This document shows, piece by piece, positions 37,603 to 48,207 of a stretch of DNA of 57,918 bases. Under the pieces are notes generated by a model. The model had not been told where the DNA came from. It ran no database searches and worked only from the letters and a program-made list of their open reading frames with translations. The translations under genes and the position numbers were made by a program. How positions within the stretch are numbered: the stretch's first letter is position 1; every line of letters starts with the position of its first letter. The stretch comes from an uncultured Bacilli bacterium (GTDB lineage: Bacteria > Bacillota_I > Bacilli_A > RF39 > UBA660), in contig CANRAA010000001.1 of the NCBI GenBank assembly GCA_947628485.1, forward strand, positions 1 to 57,918, written 5' to 3'.

Positions 37603-39303
37603 TCACTTAAAAGACAAGTGTTGACAGTTAATGGATGATATAAAATCCTCTTCCGAAAAAGTAGGATGATGCATTAAAAAACAAGAGCCTATTTCTTCTA
37701 TAGAAGGTAAAGATATTTCTTTAAGGGACTTATTATAAAGCAAAAATCTATAACCAACTTTTTGGAGTTTAGGTAAATCTAATTTTTCTAAAGAAGAATT
37801 AATAGTTAAACAATTATTTCCCATTTCTTCTATATTAGGTAAATTTAACACCTTTAAACATTCATTTTCATAGATAAAAAAACTTCCTGCTTTTTGTAAT
37901 TTGGGTAAACTTAATTCTTTTAAAGCATTATTAAGAACTAAGAAATTAGAATTAACTTCTTCTAAAGATGGGAGATTTACTTCTTTTAAAATCCTATTAT
38001 GAAATAAAAAACAACTTCCTACTTTTCTTAAAGATGGTAAATCTAATTTTTTTAGAGCGGTGTTATGATATAAAAAGTCATTGCCAACAAATGTTAAAGA
38101 AGGTAAATCTACCACTTCCAAAGGAGAATTACATACTAAAAATTTATTACCAACTCTTTGTAATTTAGGCAGATTTATTTTTCTTAAGCAATCATTATAA
38201 TATAAAAACTCATCACCAATTGTTTCGACATTTGGTAAATTTATTTCTTGTAAAAATTTACTATCAAATAAAAAACCATTGTCTATTTCTTTGATATTTT
38301 GATTTTCTAATTTTAACATTTTATTATCTTTATCTAAAACTATTATCACTTTATTATCTGGTAAAGTTATAATTATTTCTTTTTCCTCTTCTTTTCTTTT
38401 TATTTCTATTCTTTCGATATTCAAAATGGTATCTATAAAGGTATCCTTAAATCTCATATCATATATAATAATTTTTTTATTTACTAAATCTAAGATGAAG
38501 TAATCAAAGACAATATATTTTTCTTTATCATATCTTTTAACTTCAAAGTTATCAATAATTATATTATTAGGACAATAATAAACATTATAAAATTCTTGAT
38601 TATATTTATAGTATTTACCATCACTCGCTTTAACATAGCTATTTAATTCAAATTTGTTGTTAGGATGTTGTTGGATTAAACCATAATGCTCGGCAAAACT
38701 ACTTGTTAAACCTGGAGTTATATTATCTAAATCATTGGAAAAAGTACTATCCGGATTATTAACGGTATGATTATATCTATTCTTGATAGATAAAGTATGG
38801 GACTCATCCCTCGTAAATTGGATGCTTATAACACTAGTTCCATAGGCATCTTGTCTTTCGGGATTAGGGAAGTCTTTTCTTCTAATATGTGAGACATTCT
38901 TTTTTACCGCAAAGAAAACATGACATCTATCGAGTCTTCCGCCATCAAAAGTACATAACTCTTCCCCTTTGGCATAATACTTTTTAAACCTTTGAATGTC
39001 TTCCTCACACTCACATTCATATAAATCATAACCGACTTCCCTTAACAATTCTTCGGGAGTTTTTATGCTTTTTGTTTCCTTATTGTTTTCATTCTCAATT
39101 AAACTATAAATATAATCTTTAAAATCATTTTCTTTCCTTTGTTTTATTATATCTTCATACAAATCATGATTGGGTTCAAAATGCTCTAACATTAATTTTA
39201 AAAGTAAACCATCAGTTTCTAAGATAGTGGAAAAATAATCACGACAAAGATGGGCCATCTTCTCCCCATATTTCTTTTTAATTATTTTTAAATCATTATT
39301 CAC
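37603..39303 (-). CDS. NTD-LRR family protein, paralog 4 (566 aa)
   Basis: GTG start, same N-terminal motifs, LRR tail, cap HHPTFSEEDFISS. Confidence 0.85.
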   Translation of the reverse strand: MNNDLKIIKKKYGEKMAHLCRDYFSTILETDGLLLKLMLEHFEPNHDLYEDIIKQRKENDFKDYIYSLIENENNKETKSIKTPEELLREVGYDLYECECEEDIQRFKKYYAKGEELCTFDGGRLDRCHVFFAVKKNVSHIRRKDFPNPERQDAYGTSVISIQFTRDESHTLSIKNRYNHTVNNPDSTFSNDLDNITPGLTSSFAEHYGLIQQHPNNKFELNSYVKASDGKYYKYNQEFYNVYYCPNNIIIDNFEVKRYDKEKYIVFDYFILDLVNKKIIIYDMRFKDTFIDTILNIERIEIKRKEEEKEIIITLPDNKVIIVLDKDNKMLKLENQNIKEIDNGFLFDSKFLQEINLPNVETIGDEFLYYNDCLRKINLPKLQRVGNKFLVCNSPLEVVDLPSLTFVGNDFLYHNTALKKLDLPSLRKVGSCFLFHNRILKEVNLPSLEEVNSNFLVLNNALKELSLPKLQKAGSFFIYENECLKVLNLPNIEEMGNNCLTINSSLEKLDLPKLQKVGYRFLLYNKSLKEISLPSIEEIGSCFLMHHPTFSEEDFISSINCQHLSFK

Positions 39304-39360
39304 ATTTTCACCATCTTTCCTTTATTACAAATTATTTTAAATCTATTAAACAATCAATAT
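39304..39360 (-). promoter_or_regulatory. Reiterated intergenic cassette, copy 3
   Basis: Same core AAATCTATTAAACAATCAATATTTAG. The distal part runs into the 3' end of paralog 5. Confidence 0.4.
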
Positions 39361-41184
39361 TTAGTTAAAAGATAATCTTTTTGGTTTCGATATAAAATCT
39401 TCTCTAGTAAATATTGGATGATATTCTAAAAAATTATTTCCGGCCTCTTCTAAAGAAGGTAAATATACTTCTTCTAAAAATATGTTATTGTACAAAAAAT
39501 CATCACCAACTTTTTTTAAAACGGGTAAATTTAACTTTCTTAAGGATGTATTCTCTACTAAAAAAGCATCTGCAGTTTCCTCTAAAGATGGTAAAGATAA
39601 TTCTTTTAAGGAATTAACACTATATAAAAAGGCACTTCCAACCGATTTTAAAGATGGTAGATTTATTTCTTGAATTATTTCATTAGTGGATATAAAATCT
39701 TCACCTACTTTTCTTAAAAGGGGTAAATCTATTGTTTTAAGATTACCATTACTAAATAAAAAAGTATCTCCCGTTTCTTCTAAATAAGGTAGGGACAATT
39801 CTTCTAAAAAAATATTACTATTTAAAAAGTTATCTCCTACTTTTTTTAAAGATGGTAAAGATAAATTTTTAAGATATTGATTATAACACAGAAAAGCATT
39901 TCCCACTACTTCTAAGGATGGTAAACTTATTTCTTTTAATGAATTGTTATAAAATAAAAAGTCATTTTTAATTATTCTTAATTTAGGTAAATACAATTTT
40001 TTAAGATTTTTATTATCACATAAAAAATCATCACCAACATACTCCAAAGAAGGTAAGTTTAATTTTTCTAAAAAAATATTATTAAATAAAAAACATCTAC
40101 CTACTTTTTCTAGTAGTGGAAAACTTATTTCTTTTAAAAATTTATTATTGCATAAAAAATGACCATCAACTCTTTTAATATTACTTTCTAATTTAATCAT
40201 TTGATTATTCTTATTTAGGGATATTACGATTTTATTATCTTTTAAAGTTACAATTATTTCCTTTTCTTCTTGCTTTTTAACTACTTCTATTTTTTGAATG
40301 TTCGAAATAGTGCTCGAAAATGAATCTTCAATATATTCACAATATAATCTTATTTCTTTTTTAACTAAATCTAAAATAAAGTAATCAAAAACTATATATT
40401 TCTCTTTTTCATATCTTTTAACTTCAAAGTTATCAATAATTATATTATTGGGACAATAATAAACATTATATATTTCTTGATTATATTTATAAAATTTACC
40501 ATCATTTGCTATAACATAATTTTTTAATTCAAAATTATTTGTTTTAATTTTTTGAACTAAACCATAATGTTCGGCAAAAGAAGTTGTTAAACCTTCTACT
40601 ATATTATCTAAATTATTTGAAAAAGTACTATCCGGATTACTTACATGGTGATTATATCTATTCTTAATAGATAAAGTATGAGATGCATCCCTCGTAAATT
40701 GGATACTTAAAACACTTGTGCCATATTCATCTTGGCGATTAGGAAATAGGAAATCTTCTCTTTTGATGTCAGAAACATTCTTTTTTACCGCAAAGAAAAC
40801 ATGACATCTTTCTAGCCTTCCACCATTAAAAGTACAAAGTTCTTCCCCTTTAGCATAATACTTTTTAAACTTTTGAATGTCTTCCTCACTTGTACATTCA
40901 TATAAATCATAACCAGCCTTCTTAAGTAAATCTTTTGGAGAGGGAACTTCTGTTTCATGGTTATCATTTTCACGTTCAATTAAACTATAAATAAAATCTT
41001 TAAATTCATTTTCTTTATTTTGTCTTTTTATATCCTTATATAAATCATGATTTGGTTCAAAATGCTCTAACATTAAGTTTGAAAGTAAGCCTTCCGTTTC
41101 TAAGATAGTTGAAAAATATTCCCGGCAGAAATGGGCCATTTTCTCCCCATATTTTTTCTTAATTATTTTTAAATCTTGGTTCAT
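39361..41184 (-). CDS. NTD-LRR family protein, paralog 5 (607 aa)
   Basis: Same architecture. Its 5' part contains a 253-bp tract identical to paralog 8. Confidence 0.85.
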   Translation of the reverse strand: MNQDLKIIKKKYGEKMAHFCREYFSTILETEGLLSNLMLEHFEPNHDLYKDIKRQNKENEFKDFIYSLIERENDNHETEVPSPKDLLKKAGYDLYECTSEEDIQKFKKYYAKGEELCTFNGGRLERCHVFFAVKKNVSDIKREDFLFPNRQDEYGTSVLSIQFTRDASHTLSIKNRYNHHVSNPDSTFSNNLDNIVEGLTTSFAEHYGLVQKIKTNNFELKNYVIANDGKFYKYNQEIYNVYYCPNNIIIDNFEVKRYEKEKYIVFDYFILDLVKKEIRLYCEYIEDSFSSTISNIQKIEVVKKQEEKEIIVTLKDNKIVISLNKNNQMIKLESNIKRVDGHFLCNNKFLKEISFPLLEKVGRCFLFNNIFLEKLNLPSLEYVGDDFLCDNKNLKKLYLPKLRIIKNDFLFYNNSLKEISLPSLEVVGNAFLCYNQYLKNLSLPSLKKVGDNFLNSNIFLEELSLPYLEETGDTFLFSNGNLKTIDLPLLRKVGEDFISTNEIIQEINLPSLKSVGSAFLYSVNSLKELSLPSLEETADAFLVENTSLRKLNLPVLKKVGDDFLYNNIFLEEVYLPSLEEAGNNFLEYHPIFTREDFISKPKRLSFN

Positions 41185-41193
41185 ATTATCCCC

Positions 41194-42069
41194 CTACTTT
41201 CTTCTTTTCAAGGCCACTTCATTTAAATCATTAATCTTTTTTGTATACTCTGAATTACAAGACATAATCATCTTTTTATGCATTTCAATATTAGCATCAT
41301 CAATATATTTAGCATAAAGATAATTAGTTTCAACTTGGTCAATTGGTTTTGTTTCTTTACAAAAAACACTTAAATAATTTTCCACCATATTTTTTTCATC
41401 TTTAGTACAAAAAGAGCCTAGATAAAAGATAAAATAAGGGGCTAAAGTTCTTAAAACATAATTTATATTATCATTATGTAAATTTCTTTCATAAAATTCT
41501 AAAATATCTTTAACCATTGGACTTATATCTACATCACTAGAACAAGCCAAATTTTGTGCATATAAAGGCATTAAATATATAAGACCATAATTAGCCCAAT
41601 GATTATATGGAGTATTACCTAAAATATCATATATAAGAACTTTTTGAAAAGGATAATAATATACAAATTTTTCTTCGGGATTAAAAAGTTGTTCATTTCG
41701 AATTGGAACAGGAAATCCATTACATTTTAACCACTTATATTTTTCTTCTCCTTTTTCATAAGCCGTTAAAACTCTTTTCGTAAAACTACGAATAAATTCG
41801 AAAAATTCATTACCTAAAATAATTTGATGTTTTTTAGTATTTTCAAAACCATTCTCGGTAGGCATGGTATATCCCTTTAATATATAGGATAAAGTACTTG
41901 CTAAATACATGCCCATTATTTCTTGATTAGAATAATTAACTTCTGTAAAATTATAAATTCTTGCCCATGATGGCGGAATTCCTATCGGAAGTTTACACGG
42001 TTCTATTTCTTCATTTAATTCCTTATAACAATTATTTAAAAGCCACTTTTCACATTCTAATTTTGTCAT
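41194..42069 (-). CDS. Unrelated hypothetical protein inserted in the LRR array
   Basis: Trimmed to ATG 42069 (MTKLECEKW), 5 nt after an AGAGG SD. 291 aa, soluble, no LRR or NTD motifs. 9-nt gap to paralog 5. Confidence 0.65.
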   Translation of the reverse strand: MTKLECEKWLLNNCYKELNEEIEPCKLPIGIPPSWARIYNFTEVNYSNQEIMGMYLASTLSYILKGYTMPTENGFENTKKHQIILGNEFFEFIRSFTKRVLTAYEKGEEKYKWLKCNGFPVPIRNEQLFNPEEKFVYYYPFQKVLIYDILGNTPYNHWANYGLIYLMPLYAQNLACSSDVDISPMVKDILEFYERNLHNDNINYVLRTLAPYFIFYLGSFCTKDEKNMVENYLSVFCKETKPIDQVETNYLYAKYIDDANIEMHKKMIMSCNSEYTKKINDLNEVALKRRK

Positions 42070-42150
42070 ATTGACCTCTTTCTGGTTTCCTATCTTAACA
42101 CAAAATGACTTAATTAACAATTATTTAAGAGATAAATTTCCCATTTTAAT

Positions 42151-43638
42151 TCACTTTCTTTTATTATTTGGCATATTACCCTTCCTAAATTTTAAATAAT
42201 TTAGAAATTTTTTAAAACCATTCTTTTTAATTTGAAGTAAACAAGACTTACGAGCAGAAGGATTATCTAGAAAAAAACCATAACCTACTTTTTGCAGACT
42301 AGGAGTATTTATCTTCTTAATGGAATTATTATGATACATAAAGTCATCGCCAGCTTTTTCTAAAAGTGGTAAATTCATTTCTTCTAAAGCATCATTAAAA
42401 AAGAAAAAGTTATTTCCTACTTCTTGTAAAGAATTTAAGCTTAGTTCTTTAAATTTGCCATTTAAGCGAAAATTATTTCCTACTTTTTCTAAAGATGGCA
42501 AGTAAACTTCTTTTAAAACTTTATTATTATACAAAAAATAATCTTTAACAGTTTGTAAATTAGCCATCTTTAAAACCTCTAAATGTTTAACATAACATAA
42601 AAAATTATTTCCAACATCTTTTACATATGGATTATCTAACTCTATAATGTTATTAAATTTATTTAATACTATTGTTACTTTCCTATTATCTAGTAAAGTT
42701 ATTTTTATTTCTTTAGTATCATCTTCTTTTCTTTCTATTTCTATTTTTTCAATATTAGGAATAGTCGAAGGTAAAGAATCTTCAATATAAGAATTATAAA
42801 ATCTTATCTCTTTTTTAACTAAATCTAAAATAAAATAATCAAAGATAATAAATTTTTCTTTATCATATCTTTTAACCTTAAAATTATCAATTATTATATT
42901 ATTGGGACAATAATATACATTATAAAACTCATAATTATATTTATAGTATTTACCATCATTGGCTCTTACATAACCATCTAATTCAAATTTATTATTAAAG
43001 TATCTTTGCTCTATATCATAATATTTTCCAAAACTTTCTGTTAGACCCCAGATGATATTATCAAGGTTATTTCCAAAAGTACTATCGGGATTATTTACAG
43101 TATGATTATAACGATTTTTAATGGATAAGGTATGGGATTTATCCCTCGTAAATTGAATACTTATGACACTTGTGCCATATTCATCTTGCCTTTTTGGATT
43201 TAAGAAATTTTTTCTTTTAATTTGAGAGACATTTTTCTTAACGGCAAAGAAAACATAACATCTTTCAAGTCTTCCGCCATTAAAGGTACAAAGTTTTTCT
43301 CCGGGGGCATAATACTTTATAAACTTTTGAATGTCTTCTTCACTCTTACACTCATATAAATCATAACCAGCCTCGCTTAATAATTCTTCGGGAGTTTTTA
43401 TGATTTTTGTTTCTTTTTTGTCTTCGACATCTACTAAACTAAAAATATAATTTTTAAATTCAACTTCTTTATCTTGATTTATTATATCTTCATATAAATC
43501 ATGATTTGGTTCAAAATGCTCGAGCATTAGATTTAAAAGTAAACCTTCTGTTTCTAGTAAAGTAGAAAAATAATCACGACAAAAATGGGCCATCTTCTCC
43601 CCATATTTTTTCTTAATTATTTTTAAATCTTGGTTCAT
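42151..43638 (-). CDS. NTD-LRR family protein, paralog 6 (495 aa, short 6-repeat form)
   Basis: Near-duplicate of paralog 13, including a 203-bp exact tract. Basic C-terminal tail KKFLNYLKFRKGNMPNNKRK. Confidence 0.85.
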   Translation of the reverse strand: MNQDLKIIKKKYGEKMAHFCRDYFSTLLETEGLLLNLMLEHFEPNHDLYEDIINQDKEVEFKNYIFSLVDVEDKKETKIIKTPEELLSEAGYDLYECKSEEDIQKFIKYYAPGEKLCTFNGGRLERCYVFFAVKKNVSQIKRKNFLNPKRQDEYGTSVISIQFTRDKSHTLSIKNRYNHTVNNPDSTFGNNLDNIIWGLTESFGKYYDIEQRYFNNKFELDGYVRANDGKYYKYNYEFYNVYYCPNNIIIDNFKVKRYDKEKFIIFDYFILDLVKKEIRFYNSYIEDSLPSTIPNIEKIEIERKEDDTKEIKITLLDNRKVTIVLNKFNNIIELDNPYVKDVGNNFLCYVKHLEVLKMANLQTVKDYFLYNNKVLKEVYLPSLEKVGNNFRLNGKFKELSLNSLQEVGNNFFFFNDALEEMNLPLLEKAGDDFMYHNNSIKKINTPSLQKVGYGFFLDNPSARKSCLLQIKKNGFKKFLNYLKFRKGNMPNNKRK

Positions 43639-43720
43639 TTAATCACCATCTTTACTTTATTATAAATTATTTTAAATCTATTAAACAATCAATATTTACT
43701 TAAAAGACATTTATTGACAG
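43639..43720 (-). promoter_or_regulatory. Reiterated intergenic cassette, copy 4
   Basis: Minus strand reads CTGTCAATAAATGTCTTTTAAGTAAATATTGATTGTTTAATAGATTTAAAATAATTTATAATAAAGTAAAGATGGTGATTAA-ATG, which contains TTGTTT, an 18 bp spacer and TATAAT. Confidence 0.4.
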
Positions 43721-45667
43721 TTACCTTTTAGTTTTTGGAATAAAATCTTCTTTAAAGGTATGATGACTATTTAAAAAATTATCACCAATTATTACTAAAG
43801 AGGGTAAATTTGCCTCTAGAAGAACTCTATTGTTAGGTAAGAAATCATTCCCCACTTTTTGTAATGATGGTAAGTCTAGTATTTTAAGAAAGTCATTGTG
43901 AAACAAAAAATCATTGCCTACTTCTTTTAAGGATGGTAACCTTAATTCTTTTAAAGCACGATTATCAAATAGAAAATAATCAGCCACACTTTCTAATAAC
44001 GGCAAATTTACCTCTTGAATTATTTCATTGCAATTCAAAAATTCATGTCCGACTTTTTTTAAATGTGGTAAATCCAATTTTTTAAGATTTTGATTATGAT
44101 ATAAAAATTTATTTCCCGCTTCCTCTAAAGAAGGTAGGTCTAACTCTACTAATGAATTATTATCTCCAAGAAAATAGTGACCGACTACTTTTAGAGAAGG
44201 TAAAGATATTTTTTCTAAACCTACTACCGAAACTAAAAAGTTTCTTCCCGCCTTTTGTAATTTTGGAAGTTTAATTTCTTGTAAAGTAATATTATCATGA
44301 AAAAAATTATCATCAACTTCCAAAAGTTCTGGTAAAAATAGTTTCTCTAAAGACCAATTTCTATATAAAAAATTATGACCAACTTTTCTTAAGACCGGTA
44401 AATTTAATTTATGAATTTGACTGTTATAATAAAGAAAGTTAATCCCAACTTCTTCTAAAGATGGCAAGTCTATTTCTTTTAATTCTGAGTTACAACCAAA
44501 AAATTCTGATCCTACCCTTTTCAACTTAGGTAAATTTAATTTTTTTAGACTATTATAAGTTAAAAAACAATCGCCAACATTCTCTATATTTGGGGTATTT
44601 AATTCTTGTAAAGATGACGCAAAAGTTAAAAAATCATCTTCAACCTCTTTTAAATTTAAATTTTCTAATTTTAGGATTCTATTATTTTTATCTAAAACTA
44701 TTATTACTTCATTTTTATTTTGTAAAATAAATTTTATTTCTTTAGTATCGTCTTCTTTTCTTTTTATTTCGATCTTTTCGATATTAGGAATAGTCGAAGG
44801 AAAAGAATCTCTCATATTTGGTCCATATAATCTTACCTCTTTTTTTACTAAATCTAAAATAAAGTATTCAAAAATAATATATTTTTCTTTATCATATCTT
44901 TTAACTTCAAAGTGATCAATGATTATATTATTGGGGCAATAATAAACATTATATAGTTCTTGATTATATTTATAATATTTACCATCACTCGCATTGACAT
45001 AACCTCTTAATTCAAAACCATTTGTTTTGTGTTGTTGCTCTAAACCATAATGTTTGGCAAAAGATTCTGTTAAGCCATCAACAATATTATCAAGATTATT
45101 TGAATAAGTACTGTCAGGATTATTAACATGGTGATTATAGCGATTTTTGATAGATAAGGTATGGGATGCATCTTTGGTAAATTGAATACTTAGAACACTC
45201 GTCCCGTACGTATCTTGTCTTTGGGGATTAGGATAGTCTTCTCTTTTGATTTCTGAAACATTTTTCTTTACAGCAAAGAAAACATGACATCTACCTAACC
45301 TACCTCCATTAAAAGTACATAACTCTTCCCCTTTAGCATAATACTTTTTAAATCTTTGAATATCTTCCTCACACTTACATTCATATAAATCATAACCTAC
45401 TTCGCTTAACAATTCTTTTGGGCTTTTTATGCTTTTTGTTTCCTTATTCTTTTCAACACCTACTAAACCATAAATATAATTTTTAAAATTAATCTCTTCC
45501 TTTTGCTCTATTATATCTTCATATAAATCATGATTAGGCTCAAAATGCTCGAGCATTAATTTTAAAAGTAAACCTTCCGTTTCTAATAAGGTGGGAAAAT
45601 AATCACGACAAAGATGGGCCATTTTCTCCCCATATTTCTTTTTAATTATTTTTAAATCTTGGTTCAT
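43721..45667 (-). CDS. NTD-LRR family protein, paralog 7 (648 aa)
   Basis: Same N-terminal motifs and a long LRR tail. Confidence 0.85.
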   Translation of the reverse strand: MNQDLKIIKKKYGEKMAHLCRDYFPTLLETEGLLLKLMLEHFEPNHDLYEDIIEQKEEINFKNYIYGLVGVEKNKETKSIKSPKELLSEVGYDLYECKCEEDIQRFKKYYAKGEELCTFNGGRLGRCHVFFAVKKNVSEIKREDYPNPQRQDTYGTSVLSIQFTKDASHTLSIKNRYNHHVNNPDSTYSNNLDNIVDGLTESFAKHYGLEQQHKTNGFELRGYVNASDGKYYKYNQELYNVYYCPNNIIIDHFEVKRYDKEKYIIFEYFILDLVKKEVRLYGPNMRDSFPSTIPNIEKIEIKRKEDDTKEIKFILQNKNEVIIVLDKNNRILKLENLNLKEVEDDFLTFASSLQELNTPNIENVGDCFLTYNSLKKLNLPKLKRVGSEFFGCNSELKEIDLPSLEEVGINFLYYNSQIHKLNLPVLRKVGHNFLYRNWSLEKLFLPELLEVDDNFFHDNITLQEIKLPKLQKAGRNFLVSVVGLEKISLPSLKVVGHYFLGDNNSLVELDLPSLEEAGNKFLYHNQNLKKLDLPHLKKVGHEFLNCNEIIQEVNLPLLESVADYFLFDNRALKELRLPSLKEVGNDFLFHNDFLKILDLPSLQKVGNDFLPNNRVLLEANLPSLVIIGDNFLNSHHTFKEDFIPKTKR

Positions 45668-45749
45668 TTTATCACCATCTTTATTCTATTATAAAATATT
45701 TTAAATCTATTAAACAATCAATACTTATTTAAAAGACAAATATTGACAA
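45668..45749 (-). promoter_or_regulatory. Reiterated intergenic cassette, copy 5
   Basis: Same core AAATCTATTAAACAATCAATACTTATTTAAAAGACAAATATTGACA on the plus strand. Confidence 0.4.
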
Positions 45750-48161
45750 TTATCTTTTAAATTTTGTTGTGAATTCTTCTCTGGCAAATATAGGATGACT
45801 TTTTAAAAAATTATATTCAGCCATTTCTAATAAAGGTAAATCCAATTCTTCTAAAATTTCATTACTACTTAAAAAATTATCACCTACTTTTTGAAGTTTA
45901 GGTAAAGACAATTTTCTAATCTTACGATTATTAAATAAAAATTTATCGCCAACTTCTTCTAAAGAAGGTAAATTTAATTCTTCTAAATCTAAATTACAAA
46001 ACAAAAATCCTGTATAGGTTTTTTGCAAATTAGGCAAATTTAATTTACAAAGTTTATTATTGCTATATAGAAAATTACTTCCTGCTACTTCTAAAGAAGG
46101 TAAATTTATTTCAGCAATAATCTTATTATTACGTAAAAAATCCTTTCCAACTTTTTGTAATTTAGGTAAGTTTAATTTTTGTAAAAATTTATTATTAACT
46201 AAACAGTAAAGTCCCAGTTCTTTTAAATTAGGTAATTCTAATTCTTGTAAAGATACATTAAGATGTAAAAAATAATCTCCAATTTTTTCAACTTCAGGTA
46301 AATACAACCTTTTAAGGGCTTTATAACTAGGTAAAAAATATGATCCCGCTATTTTTAAAGAAGGTAAACTTAATGCCTCTACAGAATTATAACTATGGAA
46401 AAAGTGATCACCAACGACTGTTAAAAATGGCAAATTTACCCTTTTTAAGGAAGTAGCATTATATAAGAAATCATTACCAACTACTTCTAAGGATGGTAAA
46501 TCTATTTTTTGAATTATTTTATTTTGAACCAAAAAATCATGTCCCGCTTTTTTTAAACGTGGTAAGTTTATTTCTTTTAGATTATTATTATTAAATAAAA
46601 ATTGTGATCCGACCTCTTCTAAAGAAGGTAGGTCTAATTTTTCTAAAATTTCATTATCCGTTAGAAAAAAGTCGCCCGCTATTTTTAGAGAAGGTAAAGA
46701 TATTTCTTTTAAAGTTATTGTTATCAAGGACAAAAAATTTCTCCCCACTTTTTGTAATTTAGGCAAATTTACTTCTTTTAAAGAAGAATTAATAGGTAGA
46801 AAACAACTACCAACTTCCAAAAGCTCTGGTAAAGTCAATTCTTCTAAATCTTTATTTTTATTTAAGAAATCATTACCAACTTTTCTTAAAACCGGTAAAT
46901 TTAATTTATGAATTATTCTATTAGAAATTAAAAACCAATCTCCCACTTCTTCTAAAGAAGGTAAGTCTAATTCTTTTAAAAATAAATTATAACTTAAAAA
47001 TCCCGTTCCAACTTTTTTTAAATGGGGTAAATCCAATTTTTTTAGACAATTATGCGCTAAAACACGATCGCCGACTTCTTCTAAATTAGGCATATTTAAT
47101 TCTTTTAAATGATTAGCAAAAAATAAAAATTCATCCCCAATTTCTTTTATATTTAAATCTTCTAGTTTTATCATTTTATTATCTTTATCTAATTCTATTA
47201 TTACTTCCTTATTATTTTGGAAAATAAGTTTTATTTCTTTAGTTTTTTCTTTTCTTTTTATTTCGATCTTTTCGATATTCGAAAAAATAACAGGAAAAGT
47301 ATCTTTTATATTAGGTTTATACACACTTATCTTTTTATTAACTAAATCTAAAATAAAGTATTCAAAGACAATATATTTTTCTTTGTCATATCTTTTAACC
47401 TCAAAGTTATCAATGATTATATTATTGGTACAATAATATATGTTAAAATGTTCTTGATTATATTTATAAAATTTACCATCATTCGCTCTAACATAATCAT
47501 CTAATTCAAAGTCATTACATACATGGTTTTGAACAAGTTTATAATGTTCGGCGAAACTTTCCGTTAAACCAGGAATTATATTGTCTAAATTATTTGAGTA
47601 GGTACTATCGGGATTACGAACAGTATGATTATATCTATTTTTGATGGATAAAGTGTGGGATTTATCCCTCGTAAATTGAATACTTAAAACACTCGTCCCA
47701 TAAGCATCTTGTCTTTCAGGGAAAATAAAATCTTCTCTTTTGATGTCAGAAACATTCTTTTTTACCGCAAAGAAAACATGACATCTTTCTAGTCTTCCTC
47801 CATCAAATGTACAAAGTTTCTCCCTTTCGGCATAATACTTTTTAAATTTTTGAATGTCTTCCTCACACTTACATTCATATAAATCATAACCAGCCTTCTT
47901 AAGTAAATCTTTTGGAGAGGGAACTTCTGTTTCATGGTTATCATTTTCACGTTCAATTAAACTATAAATAAAATCTTTAAATTCATTTTCTTTATTTTGT
48001 CTTTTTATATCCTTATATAAATCATGATTTGGTTCAAAATGCTCTAACATTAAGTTTGAAAGTAAGCCTTCCGTTTCTAAGATAGTTGAAAAATATTCCC
48101 GGCAGAAATGGGCCATTTTCTCGCCATATTTTTTCTTAATTATTTTTAAATCTTCGTTCAT
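45750..48161 (-). CDS. NTD-LRR family protein, paralog 8 (803 aa, longest)
   Basis: Same N-terminal motifs. I counted 21 consecutive LRR units by hand. Confidence 0.85.
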   Translation of the reverse strand: MNEDLKIIKKKYGEKMAHFCREYFSTILETEGLLSNLMLEHFEPNHDLYKDIKRQNKENEFKDFIYSLIERENDNHETEVPSPKDLLKKAGYDLYECKCEEDIQKFKKYYAEREKLCTFDGGRLERCHVFFAVKKNVSDIKREDFIFPERQDAYGTSVLSIQFTRDKSHTLSIKNRYNHTVRNPDSTYSNNLDNIIPGLTESFAEHYKLVQNHVCNDFELDDYVRANDGKFYKYNQEHFNIYYCTNNIIIDNFEVKRYDKEKYIVFEYFILDLVNKKISVYKPNIKDTFPVIFSNIEKIEIKRKEKTKEIKLIFQNNKEVIIELDKDNKMIKLEDLNIKEIGDEFLFFANHLKELNMPNLEEVGDRVLAHNCLKKLDLPHLKKVGTGFLSYNLFLKELDLPSLEEVGDWFLISNRIIHKLNLPVLRKVGNDFLNKNKDLEELTLPELLEVGSCFLPINSSLKEVNLPKLQKVGRNFLSLITITLKEISLPSLKIAGDFFLTDNEILEKLDLPSLEEVGSQFLFNNNNLKEINLPRLKKAGHDFLVQNKIIQKIDLPSLEVVGNDFLYNATSLKRVNLPFLTVVGDHFFHSYNSVEALSLPSLKIAGSYFLPSYKALKRLYLPEVEKIGDYFLHLNVSLQELELPNLKELGLYCLVNNKFLQKLNLPKLQKVGKDFLRNNKIIAEINLPSLEVAGSNFLYSNNKLCKLNLPNLQKTYTGFLFCNLDLEELNLPSLEEVGDKFLFNNRKIRKLSLPKLQKVGDNFLSSNEILEELDLPLLEMAEYNFLKSHPIFAREEFTTKFKR
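45753..47165 (-). repeat. 21 tandem 22-aa (66-bp) BspA/TpLRR-like leucine-rich repeats (example)
   Basis: Units fit L-x-L-P-x-L-x-x-[VA]-G-x-x-F-L-x-x-N-x-x-L-x-x, for example LDLPSLEEVGDWFLISNRIIHK and LNLPVLRKVGNDFLNKNKDLEE. Confidence 0.85.
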
Positions 48162-48207
48162 AATATCACCATATTCCTTTATTATAAATCATTTTTAATC
48201 CTATAAC

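Noticed and set aside
43711-43720. Perfect TTGACA hexamers on the plus strand in several intergenic cassettes (also near 34129, 37621 and 45744), hinting at antisense promoters.
   Set aside because: No consistently spaced -10 follows on the plus strand (spacings of about 12-21 bp with poor hexamers). The hexamer is better explained as the TGTCAA part of the minus-strand cassette.
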